A stretch of 63,422 bases of DNA, filler included, from Octopus bimaculoides (GCF_001194135.2; 7 parts of 6 records of this genome joined end to end with filler, not necessarily neighbours in it), one strand, 5' to 3'; counted from the whole stretch's first letter, positions 25,144 through 37,420 are shown. The notes: generated by a model not told the origin, from the letters alone. A program made the numbers and translations.

Positions 25144-26419
25144 TCAGGTCATTAAGAATGAAATATCCGATTTTGAACTGAAAGTTTATTTTACTTTATC
25201 TCAAAAAAATAAAAAAAGAAAAAAAAAAGAAAAGCAGTGCAGTTAATCAAAGTATGTACCTAAATTATCAACACAATTTTGTTATTTTATCAGCAGCTTA
25301 TTTATGCTGGCAGCGAAGAATTCTGGAGAGCAGGAGGTGATGAAATCACGAAAGGCTGTTTTTGCATCTTCAGATTTGAAGCTTTTTTCTTGCAAAAAGT
25401 TGTCTAATGCCTGGAAAACGTGATAGTCAGTTGGTGCAAGGTCTATTCATTATGGTGTATGACAGAGTACTTCCAAGTTCAGTTCCTGTAACTTGAGTAG
25501 CATTCTTAGTACAACATGTGGTCGAGCATTGTCGTGCAAGAGAATTTGGCCTGTCTCTATTGACCAATCTCGGTTGTTTAATTGCAAGTTCACTCATCGT
25601 TTCATCCAGCTAGTGAATGTACACATCCGCTGTAATTGACTTACCAGGCCTCCTGAAGCTGTAGTGTATGACACCAGCGCCTTTATTGGTGAATATTCTT
25701 TTTTGGATTGTGATTTGGCACCTCGTCTCTCTCCAATCACCGTGCAGAACGCTTGCTATTCTTGAAAAAAATCAATTTTTCATCACACATAACAATACGA
25801 TACAAAAGTAACTCGCTTTTATGCAGTGACAGCAAAGAACAGCAAGTTTCAAGACGACGTGTCATTTGATGTTAGTTCAGTTCGTGTGGTATCCACTTGT
25901 CCAGCTTCTTTACCTTGCCGATTTGTTTCAGATGGTCCAATACAGTTGGAATCGAAACATCAAACCTTGCTAGCTCACACGTAGTTTGAGATGTATCCGC
26001 TTCCAGTGCAGTTTCCAGTTCATCATTATCTACCTTGGTCTCAGGTCTACCACGAGGCTGATTTTCAAGAGTAAAGTCACCAGACCAGAATTTCTCAAAA
26101 CATCGGCGTACAGTGCACTCATTCGCCACATCTTCACCAAACACCTCATTGATGTTTCGAGTCGTGTAGGATACATTGGTTTCACGACGGAACTATATTC
26201 ATAAACAACACGAATTTTTGATCTATCCAAGGGTTCACAAAAACTGATTTACAAGAGAAAGCTCACGATATAATGAGACACCATGAATTGCATTTCGAAA
26301 AGTGATGATGTGACTCTTCAATATTGTAAAACAAAAAATTGTCAGGATAAAACATTAGAATTAACGACTATCAAACTTGGTGCATAAGAAAATCGGATAT
26401 TTCATTCTTAATGACCTGA
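25144..26419 (-). mobile_element. Complete TIR-to-TIR mariner element (1276 bp) with dead transposase
   Basis: 31-bp TIRs match perfectly (25144-25174 TCAGGTCATTAAGAATGAAATATCCGATTTT versus 26389-26419); TA on the left. Minus-strand remnant 26230-25243: DRSKIRVVYEY...KWIPHELN...RIVMCDEK...LLHDNARPH...HTP**IDLAPTDYH...GTYFD*. Confidence 0.95.
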
Positions 26420-26655
26420 CAGAAAGGCGGTGAGCTGGCGGAATCGTTAGTACGCCGAGCGAAATGCTTAGCGGTATTTCGCAGGTCGTTACGTTCTGAG
26501 TTCAAATTCCGCGAAGGACAATTTTGCCTTTCATCCTTTCGAGGTTGATAAATTAAGTACCAGAGGTAAACTGGGGTCGATGTAATCGACTTAATCCCTT
26601 CCCCCAAATTGCTGCCCTCGTGGCAAAATTTGAAACCATTATTATTATTATTATA
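26420..26655 (+). mobile_element. SINE family B, full length with (ATT)n tail
   Basis: AGAAAGGCGGTGAGCTGGCGGAATCG...GAGTTCAAATTCCGC...GTGGCAAAATTTGAAACC(ATT)n; abuts the mariner right TIR. Confidence 0.9.
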
Positions 26656-27477
26656 GTTTTGCTTTTCATTTGTCAATATACGACAGAAGAATGTTAAATG
26701 AATTTATTGAATTATTTCTACCCTTAGGGATGGAAATATTTGTTATTTTGCTTCCGTTTTGTGCAAAATGTTTTACGATGTGGTTACTGTGGAGGCGGCG
26801 AGAGGTGATTCCGTTAATGGTAGTAACCATCTTACTCCGGAGGAGGGAAATATTTTAAATATTTTTATTTTTAATGTTTTTAATAATTTTAAAATTAACA
26901 CAATTATATTAAAGGCGGATAATAATACTATACTGAATGGTGAGCAGAATGGCAACGGTAGCAAAATGTGGAATCTGAAAGCAAAGTGTATTTCCAGATG
27001 CTGTCGCTTCATGCAGGCAGTTTGATCCAAATTTAATGGAAGAAAAACATTCAAAATATTCGGTAATACTTCACATAACAGAAGAAATGCAAAAACAAAG
27101 CTTCTTGTTACTTTTGGATCTCTCCCCACATGATGACACACGTAGATTCGCCTGAAGAAGATTATGAGAAAATTATAAAATAACACCAGACATTAACCAT
27201 ATGATGAAAACTCTTTCTTGCAGCTTAGTTGATGTGTTATTTAATCATAAACAAAATGAAAAACATTAATGCTTATGCAGCACGATTATCCGATGGATAT
27301 ACAAACTTGTGTCCCTTTTGTAAACAAAGCGATTGTTTGAAAGCGGGAAACAGTAATATTAATAGAAATCAATTCTCGGTCTGTTGATGCCTTGTTGCAT
27401 GAGTTTTGTTACATAGAAATGGATAAATTACCGACATGCCTACAGTGTTTGTTTTTCATACTAAATAGTGTTTTTCA

Positions 27478-27690
27478 GAATTTGGCACAAGGCCAGCAAC
27501 AGTTTCGGGTGAGGGGCTAGTGGATTACATCGACCTCACTGCTCAACTGGTACTTATTTTATCGACCCTGAAAGGATGAAAGGCAAAGTCGACCTCGGCG
27601 GAATTTGAACTCAGAGCGTAAAGGTGGACGAAATGCCGCTAAACATTTTGCCCGGCGTGCTTACGATTCTGTCTACTCGCCGCCTTTTTT
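27478..27690 (-). mobile_element. SINE family B, full length
   Basis: GAATTTGGCACAAGGCCAGC...AAAGTCGACCTCGGCGGAATTTGAACTCAG...ACGATTCTGTCTACTCGCCGCCTT. Confidence 0.92.
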
Positions 27691-29762
27691 TTCATAATGA
27701 TTTTAATCGTCACTGAGTTTGTAAATTAATTAAATTAATTGAATTTGCTGAATACATTCAGTATACATCATAAAGGCTTCTCATATTCAGTATACATCTT
27801 GTACACGAATGCAGTGAAAGCTAAAATCTTAGGATATATCCCACAATAACCTTTAGTATAAATCATGGATAAATACAAACGTTAACTTTAAATAAACGTG
27901 TATTCCGTGGTGATGGTGATGTCAGAGAAATACTGAGCCATTCCATGTATTCTCCAGGTAAAGACCCAAGGGTAAATAGTTTGAGATTGGTGGTAGTGAG
28001 TAGAAAATCCAGATGGTTCAAGTTCAGGGACAAAGGATATTTAAAAACCTACTTTCAGAAAAAAAAGCAAATTAAGCAAAAAGTTAACTGGGAAAATTTG
28101 ACAGTTTTTGTTGGCACCAATCTTCCATCCCTAGGTACATGGGTAGATCACGTCACTCAAGTTCTCAAACCATAGTTTAAAATCCTCTTGAGCTTTTAAA
28201 CAAGCCAAAGAAGAGGTGCATCAATTTTTTTCGATACTTCCTATCCAACACAACGTTAGGCAATCATAAGCAGTAAATGGGGATTCGTATTAAAGAAAAC
28301 AAATTAAAGCAGAATTCGTCTGTTTTAGTAAGGCTGAAGCAGCAAAGAACAGCAAACTGAAGGGGAGCTAGTTGTCAGTTTAAAGGATGTTGTTAGAAAA
28401 GGCATCGAATTCAGTGCCCTTTCTGATGTATCTGATGCGATGGCAGTGGGAATAATCAATGACCATTTCTTAGACGCGAAACCCAACGATCAGCATGGAT
28501 GTTAATTTTTTAGAACTTATTCTTTTAGTTTAGCGCTTCGTTCACAAACGGTAGCAGTGGTGATGATGGTAGTAGTAGTAGTAATAGTTGTTGTTGTGAT
28601 GATGATGATAACGATGATGATCTTACTGCTACTGTTGCTGCTGCCGTTTTGAACCATGGCCCGGTTTCTACATGCAGTTGAAACACGGGTGTGAAAGCTG
28701 CTTGATGGGTCTGAGTGAAAGGAGTAGATGTGTGTAGTTTTCTGTAGCATAATCCGATATATTTTGATAAGCAATTGACTGGAAAAAGTGGACTTTAATG
28801 TCTACCTCCGGCGTAAATTTCAACTGAAGAGATGGAATGCGGTGAAAAACCAATAATAAATCTGAGCTATAGGTGGCTGCCAATGCATACATTACTGATG
28901 ATATGCTGTAAGCATCACAGCGAGTCCATGTCACAAGAAGTATTACACCAAATGTCAGTGATTCCACTTTTTATCAAAAGTTCTAGTAACGTTTTTTCAA
29001 AGGGTTTATCTGGTATCAGCACTCACTTCGTGAGATCTCGCTGATACACAGTCTCGTGCTGAAGCTGGGTCATCAGCAAGATACTCAGAAGAATCTTTAA
29101 ATTTTCTAGTATAGAATCCATTTTGCAAAAGAAAGTTATCTCTCAGCTCTTATCGTTGACAGAATTACAGTCATGGGTAAGATGTAGACCGGCGATAGGA
29201 GTTTGGAATCTGATGTAGCGTCAGACACTTAATGCTGTACCGAATGGATAAAGCAGACTGTGATGACATGATCGTTGCATTCTAAAAATGATTAGCGAAA
29301 CAAACAAGCAAAAAAAAGCAAAAAAAAAAAAGCATACACTTCCGGAGTACTTTGAAGGTAACTATGAACAACTTCCAGAATTACTTGTCATAACTGTGGT
29401 ATCGAGGAGTACTATACGTTCGGAACAAGCTGTACAGATATGGTAATGCGAATAGCAGAATATACTCCATATGCAGTGGGATGCATAAAACGGTCATGCA
29501 CACTCTCACCAACTCTAAATCACCTCTGTTGCTAGTCTGCTATGAATACTTGCTGCATTGTAATTGACGAATATAGTTATTCATCAAGTACGAAGTAAAC
29601 CCTCTCTCAATGTCTTTCTTTATCTTTAACAAAAAATATCAGGAAGTGTCTGGTGTATTTGTGTTAAGTGAATATGGTAATTTTGTTCTACAGATTGTGT
29701 GTCTTGTGAATATGGTTGCGTAGTGAACGAAAATGAAAGTTTTAAAGTAAAATATTTTCCGC

Positions 29763-30130
29763 TTAAAGGAATGTTTCTTGGTATTCTTTCAGTGCCTCTT
29801 GAAGTGGAAGGTAAGGTTGATAAAAGAAGTTCTGACCTCCAGTAAATTTTATGAAAGATGGATGAATAGCAGGTATCGCTTGGATAGAGGCAGAGACAGG
29901 CTGAGTTCTGTATTTTTTAGCCACCTTTGAGATTTTTTGTACCCATTCCCCTCTGTTCGGTCGCATTGGATGTTGGTTATGTAGGAGCTGTGTTTTACCA
30001 TGACATTTTGTAATGCTGATTTCAATTTGATTTTTCATTTGTTTTAAAAAGTAGTTTCCTCTTGTGTTTCTCTACTCTCCTCTTAATTTCTGTTGTTACC
30101 GTGGCCCTGTTTTATATTTTTCTGGAAGCA
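29763..30130 (-). pseudogene. Downstream coding-like remnant, probably of the same element as 30221-30703
   Basis: A/K-rich minus-strand frame (TTEIKRRVEKHKRK / QKISKVAKKYRTQPV...YQPYLPLQEALKEYQETFL*) in the same orientation just downstream; no RT or endonuclease motif recognisable. Confidence 0.35.
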
Positions 30131-30220
30131 GAAAACAATTTTCGTTTTGTTCATATTTTATAGAATTTTATATTAGTTTCTCTTTATTCGCTCCTATTTA
30201 TTTTTGAAGTTACACAATAG

Positions 30221-30703
30221 TTAATTTAGAATAGCTGCCAGCAACCACTCTGTTTGAGTTTCAGGTGGCACTCTTGCTATTCTGAACCGGACATGGCGCC
30301 TTCCCTTATACGTAGGTAGCAGCGCCACCTTGTCGGACCTCAGGACAGCAGTGGAGTGTGAAGCCGCCTTTTCTTTGGTGGCAAACCTCACTTCCACTGT
30401 GCCATATCTCGTCCCTCTGTTGACAAATGTCGCCTTCTTCATAATATCGCCTAAGCATTCCTCCACGTCTTCTGATAGCTTTTCTATTTTGTTTGTTGCG
30501 ACCGCTTGCGTATGGTACACCATCGTTTTCTCGCTCTTCTCATTCAATGATTCCTGTATGGGTGGGAGGACCAGCTTAATGGTGTCTCCCTCCTTCTTCA
30601 CAAACTGTTCACTTTTCTCGATTTCTTCTCTGTTAACCTTTACGTTCCTTGCTTCTAGCGGCGTAGCTGCCTTTGCCGTAACAGTTTTTGCGTAGCTTTC
30701 CAT
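30221..30703 (-). pseudogene. Gag-like ORF1 of a non-LTR retroelement (N-terminal/RRM-like part), copy 1
   Basis: Open 160 aa from MESYAKTV. FVNRGTRYGTVEVRFATKEKA...LLPTYKGRRHVRFRIARVPPETQTEWLLAAIL aligns with copy 2 at 34850-35130, which continues into a CCHC knuckle. SYA N-terminal motif is typical of L1/Tx1-type ORF1. Stops before the knuckle. Confidence 0.7.
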
Positions 30704-31930
30704 GCTACGCTTTTCCTCACCCACATTGGGGAGAAAAAGAGCAAAAACAATTACAGCAAATAACAACAACCCGCGCGAGTCGCTTCAACTGTAATAATAA
30801 CAATAGTAACAACAGCAGTCTCAAACACACTAACCTTCTTCTCTCGCACCATGGTCACAAAGGCTAACTATACAACGACGGGCTAACGATTCTGTCAGCA
30901 TCGCCTTCTCGTGGTTATAACAAAAGCGTGAAATATGAAGGTAATACGAAAATGTATTCTTTTTGAGTTCCTTTATATTATTTCATCTATATTTACAGAA
31001 CTAGAGGGCTTAAGTCCAGCCGTTTATTTAGATTGTCACAATTTTTATCGAGCATCAGTTTATTTATTTTAAGTGATGAGAATTCTGCATCTGCTTTATG
31101 AATTAATTTCAAAGTATGCATTTATGAAAAGAATTTGTGATGTTGATCTGTTTTGTGCCCTGTTAATGCATTTCTACGCAATGATTAGTGCGAACATTTG
31201 CAATGCATAACTTTTATTAGGCAAAGAGTAACGCAATTCAAATAACATGATACAGATATCCATTAGCAGTTTTCTTATTAAAAAACAAACAAACGCTATT
31301 TCATCAATGTTAATGCATGTTGATATTTAACTAGATACTACTTCATTTAAGTGTGATTCGTTATCATCACCATCACTATTATGTTTTCAACAGTTTAAGG
31401 GATACTTCTACCATACCACTAGGCACATCTCTGTGTGTGTGCAGTATAATCTTTTGCAAATATAGGATTGTATCTGTATGCTACATCTATTTCTTTTGTT
31501 TCTGGTTCCTTGATGAATCATAGTGAACGTTTTCTATTCAATTCCGGTTTCCAGTATCATTTAGCCTAGCTATATGGGGACAGTGGAGGGAGGCAGGGGG
31601 GGGGGCAGCTGGCGATGGAATTTGGTACCTACCTCGATGGACTGCCGTGATTCTCAGTAGAAAAGGTAGAGTTTTGTGAAAAAATATAAACAGCAGCTGA
31701 AACTGGTTCTGAAACTCTGGTCTACCAAATCAGAGTTCACCTGAGGTTCTTTTTCTTCTTCTTTTACAAGAAGGAGTAGGTTTTGGATTCATTTTTCCAA
31801 CTAAGTAGCAAATTTCAATTCTTTAAATTTTTCTTGCGTACATCTTTTAGAACATTACGGCCTACCTGAATTATCTAAATTCATACCATTAGCTCACTTG
31901 AATTATTTCCTTTAGCTCACATTTCATGAT

Positions 31931-32910
31931 ACTAAGGCCACCTATTTTGGGGGAAAGGAATATACTACCAGTCAAGTAGTCTAGTTACCACTTATGGGTA
32001 AAAGGAAAAGTCAACCTAGGTGGGACTGAGCTCTGAACTTAAAATAGAAATGGAATTAACTGTCCTTATATTGATAAATAATAATTGTTTTTAACTTGGA
32101 CCAAACAAAGACCTGAAGTTTTAGGGAGGATGGGTAGTCAATTAAATCGATTTTTGCTGACTCCCGAAGCAAAGCTGTCCTCAGCAGGATTTGAACTCAG
32201 AATATAAAGAAACGGAACAAAAACTTCACGGAATTTTGTTCGATTCTCTAACGATCCATCACCATTTAACTAATTGTTTCTAATTTTGGCACAAGGGCAG
32301 CAATCTTCAAATGAAGGGTTTAGTCGATGTCATCGACTCCGGTACTCGACTCGTGCTTTATTTTGTCGACTCCGGTAAAGTTAACCGTAGCAGGATTTGA
32401 CATCAGGATGTAAAGAAGCAGAAAAAAAGTAGCTCAAGGTTTTTTATTCGACGCTCTAAAAAACTGTTTCTTATTTTGGAACAAGGCTAGCAGTTTTGAA
32501 GTAAAGGTATCAGTCGATAGCATCGATTCCAGTACTCGACTGGTACTAATTTTATCGACCTTTAAAGGAAAAAATATGGTAAAGTTCATTTCTGCAGGAT
32601 TTGAACCCATAATATAATGAATCAGAACTTAGAACATTGGTTTCCTGACACTCAAACGAGTCTACCATCTCACTGCCTGACGCTCTAAATAATCCTGTAT
32701 ACTATAAGCAAAAGGCCTGAAATTTTGCGGCTGGAAGTTAGTCGATTTCATCGATTCCAGTGCTCAACTGGTACTTAATTTATCGAACCCTAAAGGATGA
32801 AAAGCAAAGTCAATTCCAGCAGGATTTGAAGTCAGAACGCAAATAGCCGGAAGAAATGCCTTTTATGATTTTGTCCGACGTGTTAACAATTCTGCCAGTT
32901 CACCGCCTGA
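31931..32910 (-). repeat. Head-to-tail array of 4-5 degenerate SINE B-like units
   Basis: GCAGGATTTGA recurs at 32184, 32390, 32594 and 32819 (spacing 206, 204, 225), each preceded by the GTCGAT...ATCGA and CAAGG tail motifs; a fifth, very decayed unit at 31931-32060. Confidence 0.8.
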
Positions 32911-33887
32911 TCTAGACACAAATTCAGCAATATCTTTTTTTTTTATATAGCGTGGGATGGAATAATACAAGAAAAGTTAGCGTACCCTCATTTTGATAAG
33001 TAATAATAAAAGAGAAGCTAGAAACCTAGAATTACTATTTACATACCACTTTCTACAAATTCTTATTTTCGCAATTGTTATGCTTTATTTTTAACGTACC
33101 AGATTATCTGTAATTTAATGACGTATGTTTTGCGTTATTTTAAGCGTTTAGAATACCAGACTAACGGAACTCCGGACACATTAACGGAGTATTAAAAGTT
33201 AAGTGGTTAAATCGTTTAGACAGATTAGTCTTTTAATCGATTTTACCAGCCAATTTTTTTCTTTTCTTTTCTTTTTATATGCTTCAGACACCTAAGTTAA
33301 GAAGACAGCAACTCAGACTGTCTAATAAGCATCACCTAATTACTGGATGTTACTTGTGAAGTTTGTTTCTGTTGTCTGTTCAAGCAAGTAGTTTTCATTA
33401 TTTGAGGAAAGATACTCGGCTATAAGTTGTTTGTGTAGAGTAACTTTATTGAGAAATTTATTGAGACGAAACTTCAAATCTGTCTTTTCATCACATTTGA
33501 TTCTAAATTAAAAAAACTTTACTGAACTCTGTAAGTCTTCTTTAAATTTTACCATTTAGAACTCACGTGCCACTGACGTTCAATATTATTATTACTAACA
33601 TACTCGTATCGCCAAAAATGCCGACAGTTTTATTTATGATAGAAAATGGCGTATCAACGCAGAGGAAGAAAACATTGATAAATGTCAACAATCTAGCAAT
33701 TATATGTACATACACAAAACGGAAGCTCTTGAAGAATCAGATAGGGTTGTAACGTCTCGGTTGAAAATATCGTTAACATAATGCATGTATGTGTACATCC
33801 CAATGAACATATAACATACATGTAGGCTTATAAACACACATATAGGCACATACACTCACAATACAAACATAAATATGGAAGTCTTCT

Positions 33888-33955
33888 TTCAGTTTCCATC
33901 TACCAAATCTACTCACTAGGCTTTGATCGGCCCTACGACAGGGTAGAAGACTACG
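33888..33955 (-). mobile_element. SINE family A, 5'-half fragment
   Basis: TCTTCTTTCAGTTTCCATCTACCAAATCTACTCACTAGGCTTTGATCGGCCC; reverse complement of 19880-19940. Confidence 0.75.
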
Positions 33956-34203
33956 AACACACGTACATATATATATATATATATANNNNNNNNNNNNNNN
34001 NNNNNNNNNNNNNNNNNNNNNNNNNNNNNNNNNNNNNNNNNNNNNNNNNNNNNNNNNNNNNNNNNNNNNNNNNNNNNNNNNNNNNNNNNNNNNNNNNNNN
34101 NNNNNNNNNNNNNNNNNNNNNNNNNNNNNNNNNNNNNNNNNNNNNNNNNNNNNNNNNNNNNNNNNNNNNNNNNNNNNNNNNNNNNNNNNNNNNNNNNNNN
34201 NNN

Positions 34204-35400
34204 CAAAGAGTGGCAGATAACGCTAAGTGTTATGGAAAGACCGTAGTTAAACTCTTGGTTCGATAGTGATACGAGTGAGGAGGTTCCTGTGTGTTTTGTG
34301 CTTGTGTTTATGTCAGGCGGAGTATGGGGAGGGTTGGTGTCTGTAGGGGGTGGTTGGGGTAGAGTGGGTGTGGGTGAGGGTGTCGTTCTTTGCCACGTGT
34401 GTCCTCTTTTCTTCCTTCTCTTTTTTCCCGCCGTTTCCCAGCTGGTGTTTATCCCCTCTTCCTCGACGCTGGTCTTTGTCTGTGGTGCCACTTCACTCTC
34501 CTTCACGTGCTTTTCCTCAGCCTCCAAGAGCAGAGGAGGACCAACCACTTTCTCACTCTCTTGCCTTTCTTTAGTCTTCGCAGGTGGTGGAGTACAATCC
34601 GTTCTAATGTGGCCTTTCAGCCCACATTTATAGCACCGCGGAATCCTCCCTTCCACTCTGACTTTCAGCGTCACGTCTGCGACTGTGATTGTTTCCACCA
34701 TACTTTCAATATCTTCTTGGTTAATTTGTACCACCATGTCCAGACTCTGCCCTTGCCAGTTTCTGCAGGGTATTCTGGTGGCATGAAGGACAACCTGCAG
34801 GACCAGGCCTGGTGGCCTGCAGGACCATACTTAGCAGTATGGCAGCCACCAGCCAGGCTACATTCACTTCAGGTGGTATGTTTTCTACCCTAACCCTGGA
34901 AGCACGTCTCCCAAGGTATACGGATAGAAGTACCACCTCATCTGTCTTCAGCGGTGTGGCCGAGTACAGTCTGGCTGTTGCTTTCTCCCTAAAATGCACC
35001 TTCATCGTTCTATATTTTCGTCCTCTGGCAAGGTATGCTATCTCCTGCAAGACTAACCTCAGTGCCTTTTTCACCTGTGCCTCCGACACTACTTCAGTTT
35101 TCCTTGTTGCTGTGGCGTAAGTTCTATAAACAATAGTCCTTTCTGCCTTGTCTTTTAATACTTTTTTTTTGGGGGGGGGGCACCTACACCTCGTTTCTCT
35201 CCCGTTCAAGCATTTCCTTGAACTCATTCAATTCCACCAATTTAATTTCTTCAATTTTTCCCCTAGCCACCGCTGAGTAATTCCTCTTCTTCATTTCCTT
35301 GTCCATGTTGTTTAAGTATTCAATCAATTCGTCCTCAGACGCCCCTCCATTATACAAGAGGCAAAACGTCGCCCCACCAGGACAGCCCAAAAAAAACACG
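34204..35400 (-). pseudogene. Gag-like ORF1 with CCHC zinc knuckle (non-LTR retroelement), copy 2, frameshifted
   Basis: Three offset frames join into one protein: ...KRNYSAVARGK...KDKAERTIVY...YLARGRKYRTMKVHF...LGRRASRVRVENIPPEVNVAWLVAAIL...VRVEGRIPRCYKCGLKGHIRTDC (C-X2-C-X4-H-X4-C), then WETAGKKRRKKR and a P/T-rich tail; runs into a gap. Confidence 0.85.
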
Positions 35401-35410
35401 TGTGTACCAA

Positions 35411-35510
35411 NNNNNNNNNNNNNNNNNNNNNNNNNNNNNNNNNNNNNNNNNNNNTTAATTAATTAANNNNNNNNNNNNNNNNNNNNNNNNNNNNNNNNNN
35501 NNNNNNNNNN
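35411..35510. other. Artificial scaffold spacer
   Basis: 44 N + TTAATTAATTAA (35455-35466) + 44 N. Confidence 0.95.
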
Positions 35511-35574
<64 letters not shown>

Positions 35575-36159
35575 ATTTCATGTATGTGCGTTGTTTAAAC
35601 GCGTTAAGGCTGGAGTATTTCGTCTAGGAAACGTTCGTTCGAAGTCGTGGAGTACAAAAACATGCGAAACAAATCGCCCCGGATTTATACGAGAACAACG
35701 GATATCGATACCTATTGTTCAGTTTATTAGCCCCGTATACTCGAGTCACCCTCGAAACGAATTCAAATAACTGATCTGTGGGGATATATAGAAAAAGAAT
35801 GAAGTCGATCCACTGATGAGCAACAGCACAGAAACCTTGGATCAAATAGCGTAGTTACAAAGCGTTTAAACATCACACATACACATTAAGTATGTGACAT
35901 CGTTAGTGTTTATATTATTATAGCTAGCACTGGTCTTTGTTGTTCATTCAGCTAGAGGTCTTGTAGTTCAGTCTTTGATGCAAGCCAATCTCCGTCGTTT
36001 TGGTTTACCCCTTCCTCATTTTCCATTAACTCTTCCCTGGATGGCGATGATGGCACTCAAAATACCAAGGCTTGGAACTTTTTTAAAAAGAAGCAGTTAT
36101 AACTGTCCTAGATTATTGTGATTTTAGTATATCATTACTATACACCTAATAAACTGACC

Positions 36160-36532
36160 TGCCCCAGAACAATGCACCAGTCCACAACTCTATCATGGTA
36201 ACAAAACGACATGAAAGGAAATGGGCATCAAAATTGTCCCTCATCTTCCACACAGTTCAGACCTTGCTTACTGCAATGTTTGCCTGTTCCTCAAGCTGGA
36301 GGAGAACTTGAAGGGCAGTTCTTTTGGAGGTGAAGAAGGCTGTGACAAGGTCCATGGACACCTTCACTTTGGAGGACTTTCACAAGGCTTTCACAAAGTG
36401 GCTGAAGAGCAACAAGAATTGCGTTGAAGTTAGAGGATCCTAATTCGAAGGAAATTAGAGATTGTGCTGCTTTGAAATTAATAAATGTCTCTCCTGTAAA
36501 AGTCTGAAAACTTTTGGAATGCAACTTGTATA
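36160..36532 (+). pseudogene. Mariner transposase 3' fragment with terminal repeat
   Basis: QNNAPVHNS...MGIKIVPHLPHSSDLAYCNVCLFLKLEENLKG...KKAVT...FHKAFTKW...CVEVRG; ends AAGTCTGAAAACTTTTGGAATGCAACTTG+TA. Confidence 0.85.
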
Positions 36533-36704
36533 ACTTCTTCGCGAGGAATGCGTTAATTGATAACATCATGGAGCAATTATCTTCATTGGAGGGACACCAC
36601 TTAAAATGAGAGAATTCTTGAAATGATCTTGGAAACGAATTTCTAGACGTTTTCTTTTTCAATATCATCTCAATCGGTCCCTCATTTTATGCGGTGTCCC
36701 TCTC

Positions 36705-37000
36705 GGTCGGTTGGAGGCCCTGGCATGGAGTTTCGTAAGTGATGCTGGGGTAAAGCGCTTTGAAACCAAACCCAGGAGATTGCAGGAAGAAATGAGGTGC
36801 CGTCTTCATCAACCCATTGCGTCTGTTGTTCAGAGTCAATGCCCTCAGTGCCACAGGATCTACCTATCTCGTATCGGTCTTGTGAGCCACGTCCGCTCCC
36901 ATGAGAAACAATATGCTGGCAGCGGAGAAGGCGGATGAATGTCTTGGATCAACGCTGTCTTTACCTTTGACGGACTATCATATGCAAAGCTAAGTAAGCA
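36705..37000 (+). mobile_element. RTE-clade LINE 3' end (ORF2 C-terminus)
   Basis: W...GVKRFE...EE.R.R...QCPQCHRIYLSRIGLVSHVRSH, the C-X2-C...SRIGLxSH.R.H terminus typical of RTE ORF2; short 3' UTR ending CTAAGTAAG. Confidence 0.8.
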
Positions 37001-37420
37001 TGTAGCAACAGCGTTATGGCCCCTATCAAATAATTGCCATCATGCATGATTGTTTGTAAACAGGATCTGTTCAAGAGATTAGTTAATGTGATTCATTTAG
37101 ATATTCTAAAGTGAATTTAATATAATAAATCAACATCAACGATTACCTCAGACGGCTTCTTTGTGAAGCGTACAGCGATTGATATTGTTATCAACAAACG
37201 GTGATAATGAAGTTCTAAACAAATGGCTATCGTTTTCCTCTCTGTAGATTATCGTCTGCCCAAAACTGGAAAATCGAGAATAGTTCTTCGCTTTTATCGG
37301 ATAATTCAGCTTAAACTTTCAGTGGTTGTTGTATTACTGCGTGTGGGAGAGAGAAACGGATACAAGAATAAGAGAATGATCAAGGAGACAAAGAGAAGAT
37401 ACACAAGCACACGCACGCAT

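Noticed and set aside
28830-29090. Possible Gypsy RT remnant (AYITDDML*AS)
   Set aside because: A single YxDD-like word among stops; flanking RT motifs are not recoverable.
30704-30769. Signal-peptide-like N-terminus MLLFAVIVFALFLP
   Set aside because: Starts at a non-ATG codon in T-rich 5' UTR-like sequence; the plausible start is MESYAK at 30703.
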